Below the pieces are notes generated by a model. The model saw only the letters and a program-made list of their open reading frames with translations. It was not told where the DNA came from and made no database searches. A DNA stretch of 63,192 bases, counting the filler, from Octopus bimaculoides (Eukaryota), in assembly GCF_001194135.2 (NCBI RefSeq). It is 7 parts of 6 records of this genome, joined end to end, with 100 filler letters (N's around TTAATTAATTAA, not from the genome) between each part and the next. Parts side by side here need not be neighbours in the genome. Positions count along the whole stretch, not along the records: positions 28,841 to 39,401 come from NC_068988.1; positions 39,502 to 49,798 come from NC_068988.1; 5 more parts are not named here. One strand, given 5' to 3'. Below, in pieces: positions 36,391 through 48,292 of this stretch. Both the position numbers and the translations under genes were made by a program. Position 1 is the first letter of the stretch, and the number at the start of each line of letters is the position of its first letter.

Positions 36391-36529
36391 NNNNNNNNNN
36401 NNNNNNNNNNNNNNNNNNNNNNNNNNNNNNNNNNNNNNNNNNNNNNNNNNNNNNNNNNNNNATATAATAACAGATAATAACTTCATCAAAAAATGCTATG
36501 AGGATAAAAATAAACCTTCTTTTCTATAA

Positions 36530-36960
36530 TGTTATTCAATAAAGCCACCTTCAGCTTCAAAAACTGCTTCTAATGAGATCTAATTCATCTACATGCTTGA
36601 ATCAAGTGGTCCTCGTTCATTTTGAACATTACTCTGACTATGGCAGCCTTCAAAGAATCTTTAGTGTTATGGGCATGTTCATTGACCTCTCTCTCAACAA
36701 TGCTCCACATGTCCAATGGATTGAGATCTGGGGAATTAGAAGGCCAAATGTTAGGGGTTATGTGATCAGGAAAATTTTCAGCCATTCATTCCTGTGTTAC
36801 TAGAGCCACGTGTGATAGTGCAGAGTCTTACTGAAACACATATGGCCTTCCATTGCATATACTGTCTATCCAGGACTTAACAATTATTTCCAGGGCCTCA
36901 ATATAGGTGGCAGAGTTAAGTCTAAGGCCTTGTGGAAAGAAGTAAGGTGGCATCACATAT
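36530..36960 (-). mobile_element. maT (DD37D) Tc1/mariner transposase C-terminal fragment
   Basis: YVFQ*DSA...WPSNSPDLNPLD with 37 codons between the two Asp residues. Confidence 0.85.
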
Positions 36961-39390
36961 CCTTCATTGCACTCTGGTACACCAAAGTATTTGTATCTTT
37001 CCATTTCAATTTGCTTAATCAAGCCTCTATTCAGTAATTATATCCCTGCTAGGAATTGTACCTTGCCTCTTTTTAGGTAGATTATTCTGCACTTCTTGTG
37101 TCCAAATTCCATTCTAATATCAGTATTAAAACAGTGGACTGTGTTCACCAAGGAACTCACTTGTGTCTCATCCTTGCCATACAGTTTCAAATCATCCAAG
37201 AAGTGGAGGTGGTTGATTGTTTGGGATTTTTCCTTAAGTTGGTACCCCAAGTTCATTTTCCTTAGTACCAAGGCCAAGAGTATCATGCAGAGAATGAAAA
37301 GCAACAGAGATAAGCTGTCACCCTGGAAAATCCCTCTTCTGACACCCAGGGTACTCAAGCTTTTACCATAGGATGTCAGTTCAGTTTTCCATCCCACCAT
37401 ACTTCTCTTCATGAAACACATTACATTCTTCACAATTTCAAACAGATCTAAGCACTTGATGATCCACGAATGTGGAATCCTATCATAAACTTTGCGATAG
37501 TAAATCCAGGTCATTCCTAAATTTGTTCTCCTTCATTTACAATCCTGCATTACCATTTTGTCTATCAATAGTTGATCTTTGGTACCTCTGCATCTCCTTC
37601 TACAGCTTTTTCATTTCAGTGGTAATATATTATTCTCATCAAGAAATTCATACAGTTTTTCTGCAATTCCTCCTGACAGTAACTTCCACATTAATGGGAA
37701 GCAGGAAATTAGTCTGTAATCGTCACCAGCATTTCTCTTTGATGCATCCTTCAGGCACAATACCGTTCGTACTTTTGTCAACCAGCCCAGGATTTCATCT
37801 TCTCCATTGGTCAAAGCATTAAATTGTTCTGTGATCAATTTATGGCAACTACTGAACTTTTTTATCCAAAATCCCTGTGTACCATCAGGTCCTGCCGTTT
37901 TCCTATTGCTTATCTTTTAACTCATATTTCTGATACTGTCTTCTGTGAAGTGGATAGCCTCTTGCTGGGGATAAGAAGCTGCTTGCTTCAGGCTGCAGAG
38001 CCATTCAGCTTTAGTATTATATTGTTCTTGTTTACTCCATATCATACCAACAAAAAGTTGACTTTCATCAGCATCAGGGACTAATCTTTCACATTTTTTA
38101 TCATCATTAATCTCTTGATAAAATCTTTTTTAGTTGGTTCTATACAATTTGTTTTGCTGGTATTGCTTTGCTTTTCTTGCATGTATGCACTGCTTCAGTC
38201 CTTCAATTAAACATTCAGGCCTTTTGTATCTTCTTCGTTACTTTTTCGATACTTCTTCGTTACTTTTTCGATATTTCTTCCATACTTTTTCGAATTTCCA
38301 TTCATTCTGAAGTTCTCCATTTCTTTACCTGACAAATATTGACACTACGTTGTTCAGGGAGTTTACATCTTCAGAAATTCTTTTTTTTTCCACCACAGTT
38401 GTGTAGTTCCTCTTCTATCCATCGCTGTTCTATTCTCAGTAGTTCTCAATCACGTCCTTTCCACCACAATCCTACAAGCAGCCTTGATAAGATTATTTGT
38501 TTGTGTGATGTTCTTTGTTTCAATGTGTCTCAGTGCAATATTGACTTTATTCATCTCTTGATTTAGTTTCTATTGGTTAGCCTTCTTAAAATTGCACATA
38601 AATTCTGTCCCTTCTTTATTTAATAGATCCAAAATTCTGTCTATTATTAATCGATCTTCATTATTTGAATAATCACTGATCTCAATTCTTTCACAATTCA
38701 TGGTATTATATTCTTGCGAACAATTGTCCATTTCTTCCACTATACTACTTCCATTTCTGAAATGCCCAGCCTCACCCTATTTCTTTCTTTTAATAGCTTC
38801 TAGCTCAAATTCTGTTAGCCATCCACGATTTCGTATTGCTCTTGCTTGGTCTCATAATCTCTGTTCAGTAATTTCGAACAGTTTCATTGCCTTCCATTCA
38901 CTGTGCATTCATTTTCTGTACCCTCTGACAAGCACGCCATTTGCATCCACTGGGGTGCTCTGGTAGTAACACTCCATAACCATCAGGTTTATTTGTTTAC
39001 TCCACCTATGTCTTGTAGTATGGCTAGCAATTGCTGGATTATGACCGGGCCTACCCTGCTGCACAGTGGAGCACCAGCTGGGTGCAGCACCTTCACCATT
39101 GGTTCCAGTCCTGTTCACACCATTATTGTCATTTATTTTGCTTGGCATTTTCTCTCACAAATGTGGTGTGTTTTTAGGTTACTACCAACCGGTATTTTTA
39201 TCGAGACACCATCTCTATCAAGATAGTCTGCCAAAGTAGCAGGGTCCTTGCTCCCCTGCTTTTGGACTCATAGTGTTCCTTCTCCTAGACAGACTGCCAA
39301 CTAAGGCTCATGATTTCTGTCTACCCTTTTTTAGAATGGCCATTGACTGTTTTAAGTTCCTCTGCCCTTTGCTGGGTTTTGTTTTATTAT
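36960..39390 (-). mobile_element. R4-clade non-LTR retrotransposon: 5'UTR, N-terminus and RT; 3' part lost
   Basis: RHRWSKQINLMVMECYY...GYRK, YRLISCFPLMWKLLSG, YRKVYDRIPHSWI, GIFQGDSLS, HLHFLDDLKLY, YKYFG. Confidence 0.9.
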
Positions 39391-39523
39391 TACTGCTTAT
39401 ANNNNNNNNNNNNNNNNNNNNNNNNNNNNNNNNNNNNNNNNNNNNTTAATTAATTAANNNNNNNNNNNNNNNNNNNNNNNNNNNNNNNNNNNNNNNNNNN
39501 NTATATATATATATATATATATA

Positions 39524-40132
39524 AGGAATAGCCACCAAGGTGGATTCCTAATATGCTAGAAGAGGCCAAGCCATCTTACCACAAAGGATATGTTCTCAAA
39601 AATTTTAGCAAATGCCAGAATGTATGTGAGCGAGACAAATGAAAGGAGACAAAATAGAGCAATTAACTCCATGCCTTAAGATCTTGCTATCAATGATCAC
39701 TAACATGAGCATCCGTAGCTCTTCAGTGAAGTCGTTGCAGGACACATAATTCATGGAACTAGATGCAAAATGTCTTCATGACAGAGAACATGCATAAAGT
39801 TCCGCCAATTATGTATCAGAATCCTTATTGAAATGTCCACATGCTGGTGTGCTAAAACTGGAAAAAACTCTGTGGTAATAAATTTTCACAGCAAATCCAC
39901 CAGCTGGAGAACATGGCTACTTAAAAGTTAAATAATGAGTGTAGAAATTCATATTATTAATTAATATCAATTTAAGTGGCCTAGCATACTTAAAAAATGT
40001 CCGAAGACTATGAATTATATTACATATATAAATAAGAGGAATAACCACCAAGGTGGATTCCTAATATGCTAGAAGAAGATACCAAATCGTCTTACCACAA
40101 AAGACACGTTCTCAAAAATTTTAGCAAATGCC
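39524..40132. repeat. Pair of about 95-bp direct repeats (39524-39617 and 40037-40132), possibly Penelope-type pseudo-LTR repeats
   Basis: aggaata.ccaccaaggtggattcctaatatgctagaaga...ttttagcaaatgcca is duplicated 513 bp apart. The Penelope assignment is inference. Confidence 0.75.
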
Positions 40133-40182
40133 AATTTCTACCCTTTTTATTTAACTGTTATATATATATATATATATAAAGC

Positions 40183-40426
40183 ACATAAAAAGCACCATCC
40201 AATCGTGGTCGATGCCAGCTCCTCTGGCCCCTGTGCCGGTGGCACGTAAAAAGCACCCACTACACTCTCAGAGTGGTTGGCGTTAGGAAGAGCATCCAGC
40301 TGTAGAAACATTGCCAGATCAGATTGGGGCCTGGTGCAGCCTCCTGGTTTCCCAGACCCCAGTCAAACTGTCCAACCCATGCCAGCATGGAAAACGGACG
40401 TTAAACGATAATGATGACGATGATGA
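40183..40426 (+). mobile_element. RTE LINE 3' tail
   Basis: Same 3'UTR motif set as 32342 and 43626. Confidence 0.9.
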
Positions 40427-40914
40427 TATTTTAAGCTAGCTCCTGTGGAGGGCTAAATGGGCCTACAGCCCAAAATTAAAGAGTACTAAATAGCATGACT
40501 ATAATGCATCTATAATGACTATATGCTCTGGTGGTGTTTGATCAGAGGTTAAGGACAGATGAGAATTAATTCTGTAATGCAATCAGTCTCAAGTTGAATT
40601 CCAACTGTTGGCCAATTTGTCCCAAAATTCTTATCACCACATAAAATTAATGAAGCGAATGTCATTTATCTCTCCTTTGATCTCTGACAAACACCAACCA
40701 AGTTGGCATGAATCAGCCAAGCTTTACCTGTTAGAAATAGGAACCCAGGTGCTTTTAAATCAGATCCCAGTACTAGATGTTCAAGAACCAAATGAAGAGC
40801 AGATTTTCAATCCTGGGATCATCCTGATTCCAAAAAAGGGTAAAATATGTCTATGTAGAACAAATGTAGAAATACAGGAGACCCAAACAGACAACCTTGC
40901 TGTACTCTTTCACC

Positions 40915-41130
40915 ACAACTTTCTCTCGCTCTTTCTTCCTGTTTCTGTTGTGTCTGTAATTCAAAGGGTCAGCCTTGTCACACTCTGTGTCACGCTGAAT
41001 ATCCCTGAGAACTACGTTAAGGGTAGATGTGTCTGTGGAGTGCTCAGCCACTTGCACGTTAATTTCACAAGCAGGCTGTTCCGTTGATCGGATCAACTGG
41101 AACCCTCGACGTCGTAAGCGACGGAGTGCC
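40915..41130 (+). mobile_element. SINE family D, 3' part
   Basis: Matches about 7395-7608. Confidence 0.85.
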
Positions 41131-41470
41131 AACAAACAGCATAATATAACATATCATAAGTTACTTATGATAAAACATATTCACATTCACACTTAATACC
41201 ATTGTGTTCTTTATTTCTTTTTTCTGCATAACCTATTTATATTTCTATAAATAGGTAACTCCATTACTTATACATGTGAGTGCATGTGTCAGTGAATGCG
41301 TATACTTGGGACCTGTTAGAAGACTCACAAGAAACTGAATAAATCAGTCCGTCCAATGAAAATCTATAATGCAAATAAGTCACCCGGATTTCTACTGACA
41401 CTCCTTAGTTATCTAGAAACACTTATAACCAGCAAACAAATGCATGGCGCTATCTAGATTAAATATGAAG

Positions 41471-41610
41471 AGGCGTTGATGTGGCTTAGTGGTTGAAACG
41501 TTCACTTTGGAACCACATGAGGCTGGAGTTCAGTCCCACTGCATAGCATTTCAGGTAGGTGTCTTTTGACTAAAGCTCCTGGTCTACTGATGTTTTCAGA
41601 ATGAAATATT
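41471..41610 (+). mobile_element. SINE family A, degenerate
   Basis: tggcttagtgg...ggagttcagtcccactgc...gtgtctt. Confidence 0.7.
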
Positions 41611-41730
41611 TTGTGATGTAGTAGTGTATTATAAGCTGAAACATAGTATTGGTAAAGGTGGTAGTAGTGGTGGTGGTGTTCTGGTGCTAAACTACACAGT
41701 GACCCACTGTATGTACATTATACACACACA

Positions 41731-41830
<100 letters not shown>

Positions 41831-42032
41831 TACACCATACACGTACATGTCTATACTATATACAACTTATGTAAAAAGATTAAAGTATAAACATACAAAA
41901 TGATTGATATTAGGTTAAATTATATTTATATTTCTAAACATGGTGGTCAAGTTGTAATGTAAATAAAGGGATATAGTTAATAAGGTGGAAGGAAATAAAT
42001 AGGTGTGCAGAAAGTTTCTAAGTCTCTACTAC

Positions 42033-42074
<42 letters not shown>

Positions 42075-42107
42075 ACATACATGTATGTATGTATGTATGT
42101 ATGTATT

Positions 42108-42342
42108 ATTTCTTTACTACCCACAAGGGGCTACACACAGAGGGGACAAATAATGACAGACAAACACGGATTAAGTCGATTATATCGACTCCAGTGCATA
42201 ACTGGTACTTATTTAATCGACCCCGAAAGGATGAAAGGCAAAGTCGACCTCAGCGGAATTTGAACTCAGAACGTAGCGGCAGACGAAATACGGCTAAGCA
42301 TTTCGCCCAGTGTGCTAATGATTAAGCCAGCTTACCGCCTTA
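42108..42342 (-). mobile_element. SINE family C, full-length
   Basis: Head aaggcggtaagctggc, gagttcaaattcc, and the gcctttcatcctttcggggtcgat block. Confidence 0.88.
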
Positions 42343-42408
42343 TGTATGTATGTATATATGTATGTATGTACGCACACGCGCATGCATGCTCACACACACT
42401 CGCATATA

Positions 42409-42617
42409 TGAAGGTGAGCTGAAAAGTCCCAGGCTTTGGGTAAAAGAAGATACAGGAGGATCAGTTAATTATTCAACATATTCCCCTCTCAGATTCACAC
42501 ACTTATTGCAGTGGTCCTTCAGTTTTTCTAACCCCTGTTAAAGAACTCAGAAGGTTGTGCCTCCAACCAGGCCTTTTGCAATACCCTGAAAGCCAGGAAC
42601 CTTTCAGCACCCCACCA
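42409..42617. mobile_element. mariner-type MITE, 209 bp
   Basis: Imperfect TIRs tgaaggtgagctgaaaagtcccaggcttt and aaagccaggaacctttcagcaccccacca, with TA on both flanks. Confidence 0.75.
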
Positions 42618-42624
42618 TATATTT

Positions 42625-43001
42625 TATCTTTTAATTATTTCAGTCATTATACTCCAGCCATGCTGGGGCACCGCCTTGCAGAATTTTTAGTTGAATCAGT
42701 CAACCCCAGTAAGATTTTTTGCTAAGCCTGGTACTTATTTTATCACTTCCTTTTGCTGAAACGCTAAGTTACTGGGATGTAAACACGGTGACAAACACAG
42801 ACACAAAGACACACACACACACATAGATATATACATATATACGACAGGCTTCTTCTTGTTTCCATCCACCAAATTCACTCACAAGTGTTCAGTCAGTTTG
42901 AAGCTATAGTGAAGGACGCTTGAGCAAGGTGCAGCACAGTGGGACTGAACCCAGAACCATGTGGTTAAGAAGCAAGTTTCTTACCACACAGCCATGCCTG
43001 C
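42625..43001 (-). mobile_element. Composite: SINE A head (42838-43001), (CA/TA)n, family B (42625-42790)
   Basis: Both parts are co-oriented, the same layout as 53766-54160. Confidence 0.8.
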
Positions 43002-43302
43002 ATCTGTGTGTGTGTGTGCAGTCACAGAAGTCTGGTGCAGGCTTCTGCCTGTCCAGCTCCTGTTAAACTGTCCCACCCATGCCAGCATGAAAGGCAGACG
43101 TTAAATGATGATGATGATGATGATGATGATGATACACACACACACACATACACATATATGAGTGAACAAATGAAAGAAAGAGGCAATCAACACATTTAGT
43201 AAGAGTTACATATATTATTTGGCCAACTGAGTCCATCAAGCTAGATTTCTGTAAGGAGCCTAAGAATCTTTAAATTGCATGGACCAAATCAAATGGTTTT
43301 AG

Positions 43303-43344
<42 letters not shown>

Positions 43345-43562
43345 GAAATATTCAGACAAATACGTAACAAAAACACCAGGATTTACAAATATATATAACA
43401 TACAGAAAATTGCACTACTGGGCACTGCACACATCCTGCGCAAAACACTTTCAATACAGTAACCATGGGAGCATCACAGCAAACCACAGCACATACCCAA
43501 GGCACACAGAGCTGCGCTGGGTAGTGAAGTGAAAGCACGTTATAAAAATAAAACTACTGAAC
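43345..43562 (+). mobile_element. Short 3' end of the R4/Dong element, embedded in (TAA)n
   Basis: Near-identical to about 14498-14715, with (TAA)n immediately on both sides. Confidence 0.93.
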
Positions 43563-43595
<33 letters not shown>

Positions 43596-43625
43596 TATAA
43601 TAATGATAATAATAATAATAATGAT

Positions 43626-44735
43626 CATCTTTGTCTAATGTCTGCTTTCCATGCTGGCATGGGTTGGATGGTTTGGCTGAGGGCTGGCAAGCCAGAAGGC
43701 TGCACCAGGCTCCACTCTGATCTGGCAAAGTTTCTACAACTGGATGCCCTTCCTAATGCCAACCACTCTAGGATGTAGTGGGTGCTTTTTATGTGCCACA
43801 AGCATGAGGGCCAGTCATGCTGTACTGGCATCGACCATGCTTGAATGATGCTTTTTACGTACCACTGGCATAGGAGCCAGTCAGATGGCACTGGCAATGA
43901 CCACACTCGAATGGTGCTTTTTACCTGCCAACTGCACGGGAGTAAGTCAGGCAGTATTGGCAACGATCACGCTCAAATGGCACTTTCTAGGTGCCACCAG
44001 CACCGGACTAGTCAGGCGACATTAACATCAACCACGCTTGAATAGTGCTTTTTACAAGCCACCGACATGGGTGCCAATCAGGCGGTACTGTCATCAGCCA
44101 TGACAATGACTTCACTTGATTCAACAGGTCTTTGCAAGTGCAGTTTATTGCTCAATAATTGAAAGGTACTCTTAAATGGGCCAGTTATGCTGCACTGCCA
44201 TAGGCCACAGTTACAATCTCACTTGGCTTGCCGGATCTTCTCAAGTACAGCATATCTCCAAAGGTCTCGATCACTTGTCATTGCCTACATGTGGCCCAAC
44301 GTTTGAAGGTTGTGCTTCACCACCTCATCTCAGGTCTTCCTGAGTGTCTCTTCCACAGGTTCCCTCTACTGCTAGGGTGTGACACTTTTTCACATAGCTG
44401 TCCACATCCATATGCAACACATGACCATACCAGCACAGTTGTCTCTTTTGCCCACCTCTTCTGATGCTTCTTATGTCCAACTTTTCTCTCAGGGCACTTA
44501 CACTCTGTCATGTATACACACTGACATTACACATCCAACGGAGCATACTAGATTCATTCCTTGCAAGCTTACACATGTCCTCAGCAGTCACTGCTCATGT
44601 TTCACTGCCATGTAGCATGGCTGTTTGCACACATGCGTCATACAGTCTACCTTTTACTCTGAGCGAGAGGCCCTTTGTCACCAGCAGAAGTAGGAGCTCT
44701 CTGAAGTTTACAGATCAAGCAAGACCATCTATCTG
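43626..44735 (-). mobile_element. RTE LINE 3' portion: ORF end and a long 3'UTR with about five 65-66-bp tandem units (43780-44100)
   Basis: The ORF end is homologous to 49485-49791. Units begin gtgcttttt at about 43783, 43850, 43915, 43980 and 44045. Confidence 0.88.
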
Positions 44736-44787
44736 AAGGGATTTAAGATTTGTTTGCCTTTCTACTGATCAAGACTGACTGACCTTC

Positions 44788-44972
44788 ATGCCAGTGGCAC
44801 GTAAAAGCACCCACTACACTCTTGGAGTGGTTGGCGTTAGGAAGGGCATCCAGCTGTAGAAACTCTGCCAGAACAGATTGGAGCCTAGTGTAGCCATCTG
44901 GTTCGACAGTCCACAGTCAAATCGTCCAACCCATACTAGCATGGAAAGCGGACGTTAAACGATGATGATGAT
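44788..44972 (+). mobile_element. RTE LINE 3' tail
   Basis: Same motif set, ends in (GAT)n. Confidence 0.9.
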
Positions 44973-45169
44973 GCCATATGTTTAGAGAAAAAACTTAAGA
45001 TCCCTTCACTCAATTCAACTCCCCCTCTTTCTCCTTCTCTTTCACGCTCATTTATTATTGTCCTTTATTCATTCATTTATCTAATTTTGTCACAGTTTGG
45101 CTGACCAAAAACTGTTGGTTATAGCTCTAGTTAAGAATTCAAATGCCCAATTCTATCTCATTATTATCA

Positions 45170-47472
45170 TTAATATTTTCTCACACCGGCAGCCTGAGTT
45201 TTTGCTGTTTCACGATGCACCTGCCCTTTCCACCCCTACCACCTGTACCAGAAGTCTCTATCCTCTGACCTCTATCAGATATATCTCCCATGAACACTTC
45301 CAAAGGCTTAATGTTCCCCCATCGCTACTTAAGGTTTATCTCCTATGTAATGTAGTGATTATGTAGCACATAAAATGATGGTGTAGTGTATGCAGGTTGA
45401 AGGCTATTGTATGTTTATGAGTTCTGCCAAATGCGAGCTTTCTTTTCAGGTACATGACACTGCTGTTCCCCATCCCAGGGTCTCGCAGGCCCACACCTCC
45501 CACATCTTCAGAGTTTGCACACTTAATGTTGGCACACTGAAAAGTAGTTTTGGGGAGATTGTTGAGATGCTTGAACGGAGACATGTAGATTTGTGCTGCA
45601 TCCAAAAAGTAAGGTGGAGAGGAAGTTCTGCTAGGTTCCTCACAAGCAAAGAACATAGGTATAAGATTTTCTGGGCAGACAACACAGATGGGATGGGGGT
45701 ATGGGTATACGTCTTCTGGAGAAATGAGTTGACAGGGTAATCGAGGTAGTCAGAGTCTGTGGTAGAATACTTAAGATTAGATTAGTGCTGCAGCATGGAT
45801 TAGCAACCATTATCTTGGATTATGTTCCTCAGCCAGGGCTACCTGATGAACAGTAAGACCGATTTTATGACACCCTCTTGCAGACTGCCTTGTTGACGAA
45901 TGACAGGGACCTTCTCTTTGTGGCTGGCAACTTCAATGGGTATGTTGGACAACATGCAGAGGGCTTCCATGACATACATAGAGGCTATGGTTTTGGTTCC
46001 TGCAATGAGGAGGGAACCAGGCTGCTGGAGTTCAGCAATGCAAATGATCTTATGGTTTGTAATACGAACTTCAGGAAACCAGTATTCACCTATCAATCTG
46101 GTGGACACACTAGTCGAATTGATTACATCCTCACCAGGAAATGGGAAAGATGGCTACTTGTAAATGTCAAAACCTTCCCAGGTGAAGAATGCACCCCACA
46201 ACATAGATTAATAGTTAGCAACTTCAGGATCAGGGCTAAATGGATGCCCAGAAGTAGACCAGCATGGAGAAGAACTGGTCTAGAAGCTTAAGGATCCTGC
46301 GAATGGACAGAGATTTAGAGGCATATTACTCGAAGCTTTTGACAAAATAGATGGGGATATAGCATCACATGATGTGGAAAACAACTGGAGGTTCATACGG
46401 GACACCCTGTTGAGGGCTACTGACCAGATCTGTGGATGGTGCAAAGTCCCCTCTCGACCCAAGGTAGCATGGTGGTGGAACAATGTAGATGACAGGGCCA
46501 TTAGGGAAAAGAAACAGGCATGGAAGGACAGGAAGAATGGTGGTAGCAGGGAATTGTATCAGATTGTCAGAAGGGAAGCTAAGAGACAGGTTTATTTAGC
46601 CAGAGGGGAAGCAGATTTGACAATATTCTGCGTCATAAGGACCAAAGACTTGATGTGTTTCGTGTTACAAGACAGTGTGTGAGAGAGAATCATGATGTCA
46701 TAGGAGAGAAATGTGTCCGCATGGATGATGGTTCACTCGCACTAAGCATGGCTGCAAAGAGAGAAGTTTGGAGATGCCACTATGCAAGGTTGCTAAATAA
46801 AGAGAATGAATGGGAGAAAGAGAGTCTGCTGAATATCATCCCAATTGAGGGCGTCAGCTATCTGAATTGACAGTACCTTGGTAGATAAAGCAATTAAGGA
46901 TATGAAGACAGGGAAAGCATGCAGCCCATCAGGAATCACTGCAGAAATGCTTAAAATATCTGACGGTGTCAGCTACAGTCTAGTCACTCATATAGTCAAT
47001 CAGGTGATACATGAAGGAGTCATACCCAATGACTGGTGTAGCAGCACCATAGTCAACAGCTACAAAGGTAAAGGTGACGCTTTAGATACAAATAATTACA
47101 GAGGTATCAAGTTGTTGGATCAGGTAATGAAAGTCACGGAGAGGGTCATAGCCCAACTGATTAGGGAAAGAGTCAGTTTAGGCAAGATGCAGTTTGGGTT
47201 TGTGCCAGGGAAAAGCACCACTGATGCCATATTTCTAGTAAGACAGTTGCAGGAGAAATACCTAGCCAAGGATAAACCTCTGTACCTAGCTTTCGTTGAC
47301 ATGGAGAAAGCCTTTGACAGGGTCCCCCGATCCCTTATCTGGTGGTCAATGAGGAAACTTGGGATAGAAGAATGGTTAGTGAGAGCTGTGCGAGCCATGT
47401 ACAGAGATGCTGTCAGTAAGGTGAGGGTTGGAAATGAGTATAGTAATGAATTCCGGATAGAGGTAGGGGTCC
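45170..47472 (+). mobile_element. RTE LINE: APE endonuclease and RT N-half, cut off by a gap; stops and frameshifts in the 5' half
   Basis: VCTLNVGTL, DLCCIQ.VRWRG, AGNFNG.VG, SRIDYIL, NYRGIKLL, QFGFVPGKSTTDAIF, AFVDMEKAFDRVPR. Confidence 0.95.
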
Positions 47473-48036
47473 NNNNNNNNNNNNNNNNNNNNNNNNNNNN
47501 NNNNNNNNNNNNNNNNNNNNNNNNNNNNNNNNNNNNNNNNNNNNNNNNNNNNNNNNNNNNNNNNNNNNNNNNNNNNNNNNNNNNNNNNNNNNNNNNNNNN
47601 NNNNNNNNNNNNNNNNNNNNNNNNNNNNNNNNNNNNNNNNNNNNNNNNNNNNNNNNNNNNNNNNNNNNNNNNNNNNNNNNNNNNNNNNNNNNNNNNNNNN
47701 NNNNNNNNNNNNNNNNNNNNNNNNNNNNNNNNNNNNNNNNNNNNNNNNNNNNNNNNNNNNNNNNNNNNNNNNNNNNNNNNNNNNNNNNNNNNNNNNNNNN
47801 NNNNNNNNNNNNNNNNNNNNNNNNNNNNNNNNNNNNNNNNNNNNNNNNNNNNNNNNNNNNNNNNNNNNNNNNNNNNNNNNNNNNNNNNNNNNNNNNNNNN
47901 NNNNNNNNNNNNNNNNNNNNNNAGTTGATAGCTTCCGAAGGCTGGAGGTTATATCAGCTGAAACGTTGTGTTAACAACAAACAAGATGAGGACAAATATC
48001 CGACAAATGTAAATAATGTAAATAATGTAAATAATG

Positions 48037-48071
<35 letters not shown>

Positions 48072-48137
48072 GCAGAAGAAGAAAATGGAGACTGCGAAGT
48101 TAATAAGAGTTTATTATCAACAACAAATCGAACATTA

Positions 48138-48220
48138 TCCCTTACAACTGTTTCAGTTATACTCAGTGAATTAACTAAATATTAAATTCTTATTTCTGAG
48201 CATAATATTTTCAGAGGGGA
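48138..48220 (-). ncRNA. Degenerate type-I hammerhead ribozyme motif in a Penelope-type repeat (about 48065-48220)
   Basis: Minus strand: ccct-CTGAAAA-(ta)ttatgctcag...ctgagtataa(ct)-GAAA-C-agtt-G-TA-aggg. Core position G8 is mutated. Confidence 0.55.
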
Positions 48221-48292
48221 AAAAAATACTTTTAGATGTTTTATATGTCTGTTTATGGCTTCATTATAGCAGAATGAATGATACTATTAGGT

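Noticed and set aside
38225-38295. 22-bp tandem triplication
   Set aside because: It is local slippage inside the dead R4 ORF.
40608-41087. 159-aa plus-strand ORF
   Set aside because: The last third is SINE D. The unique part has no recognisable homology and only middling splice sites.
46878-48185. 435-aa RT ORF as an intact, active LINE
   Set aside because: About 150 codons are N, the tail is unrelated sequence, and the upstream APE region has stops and frameshifts.
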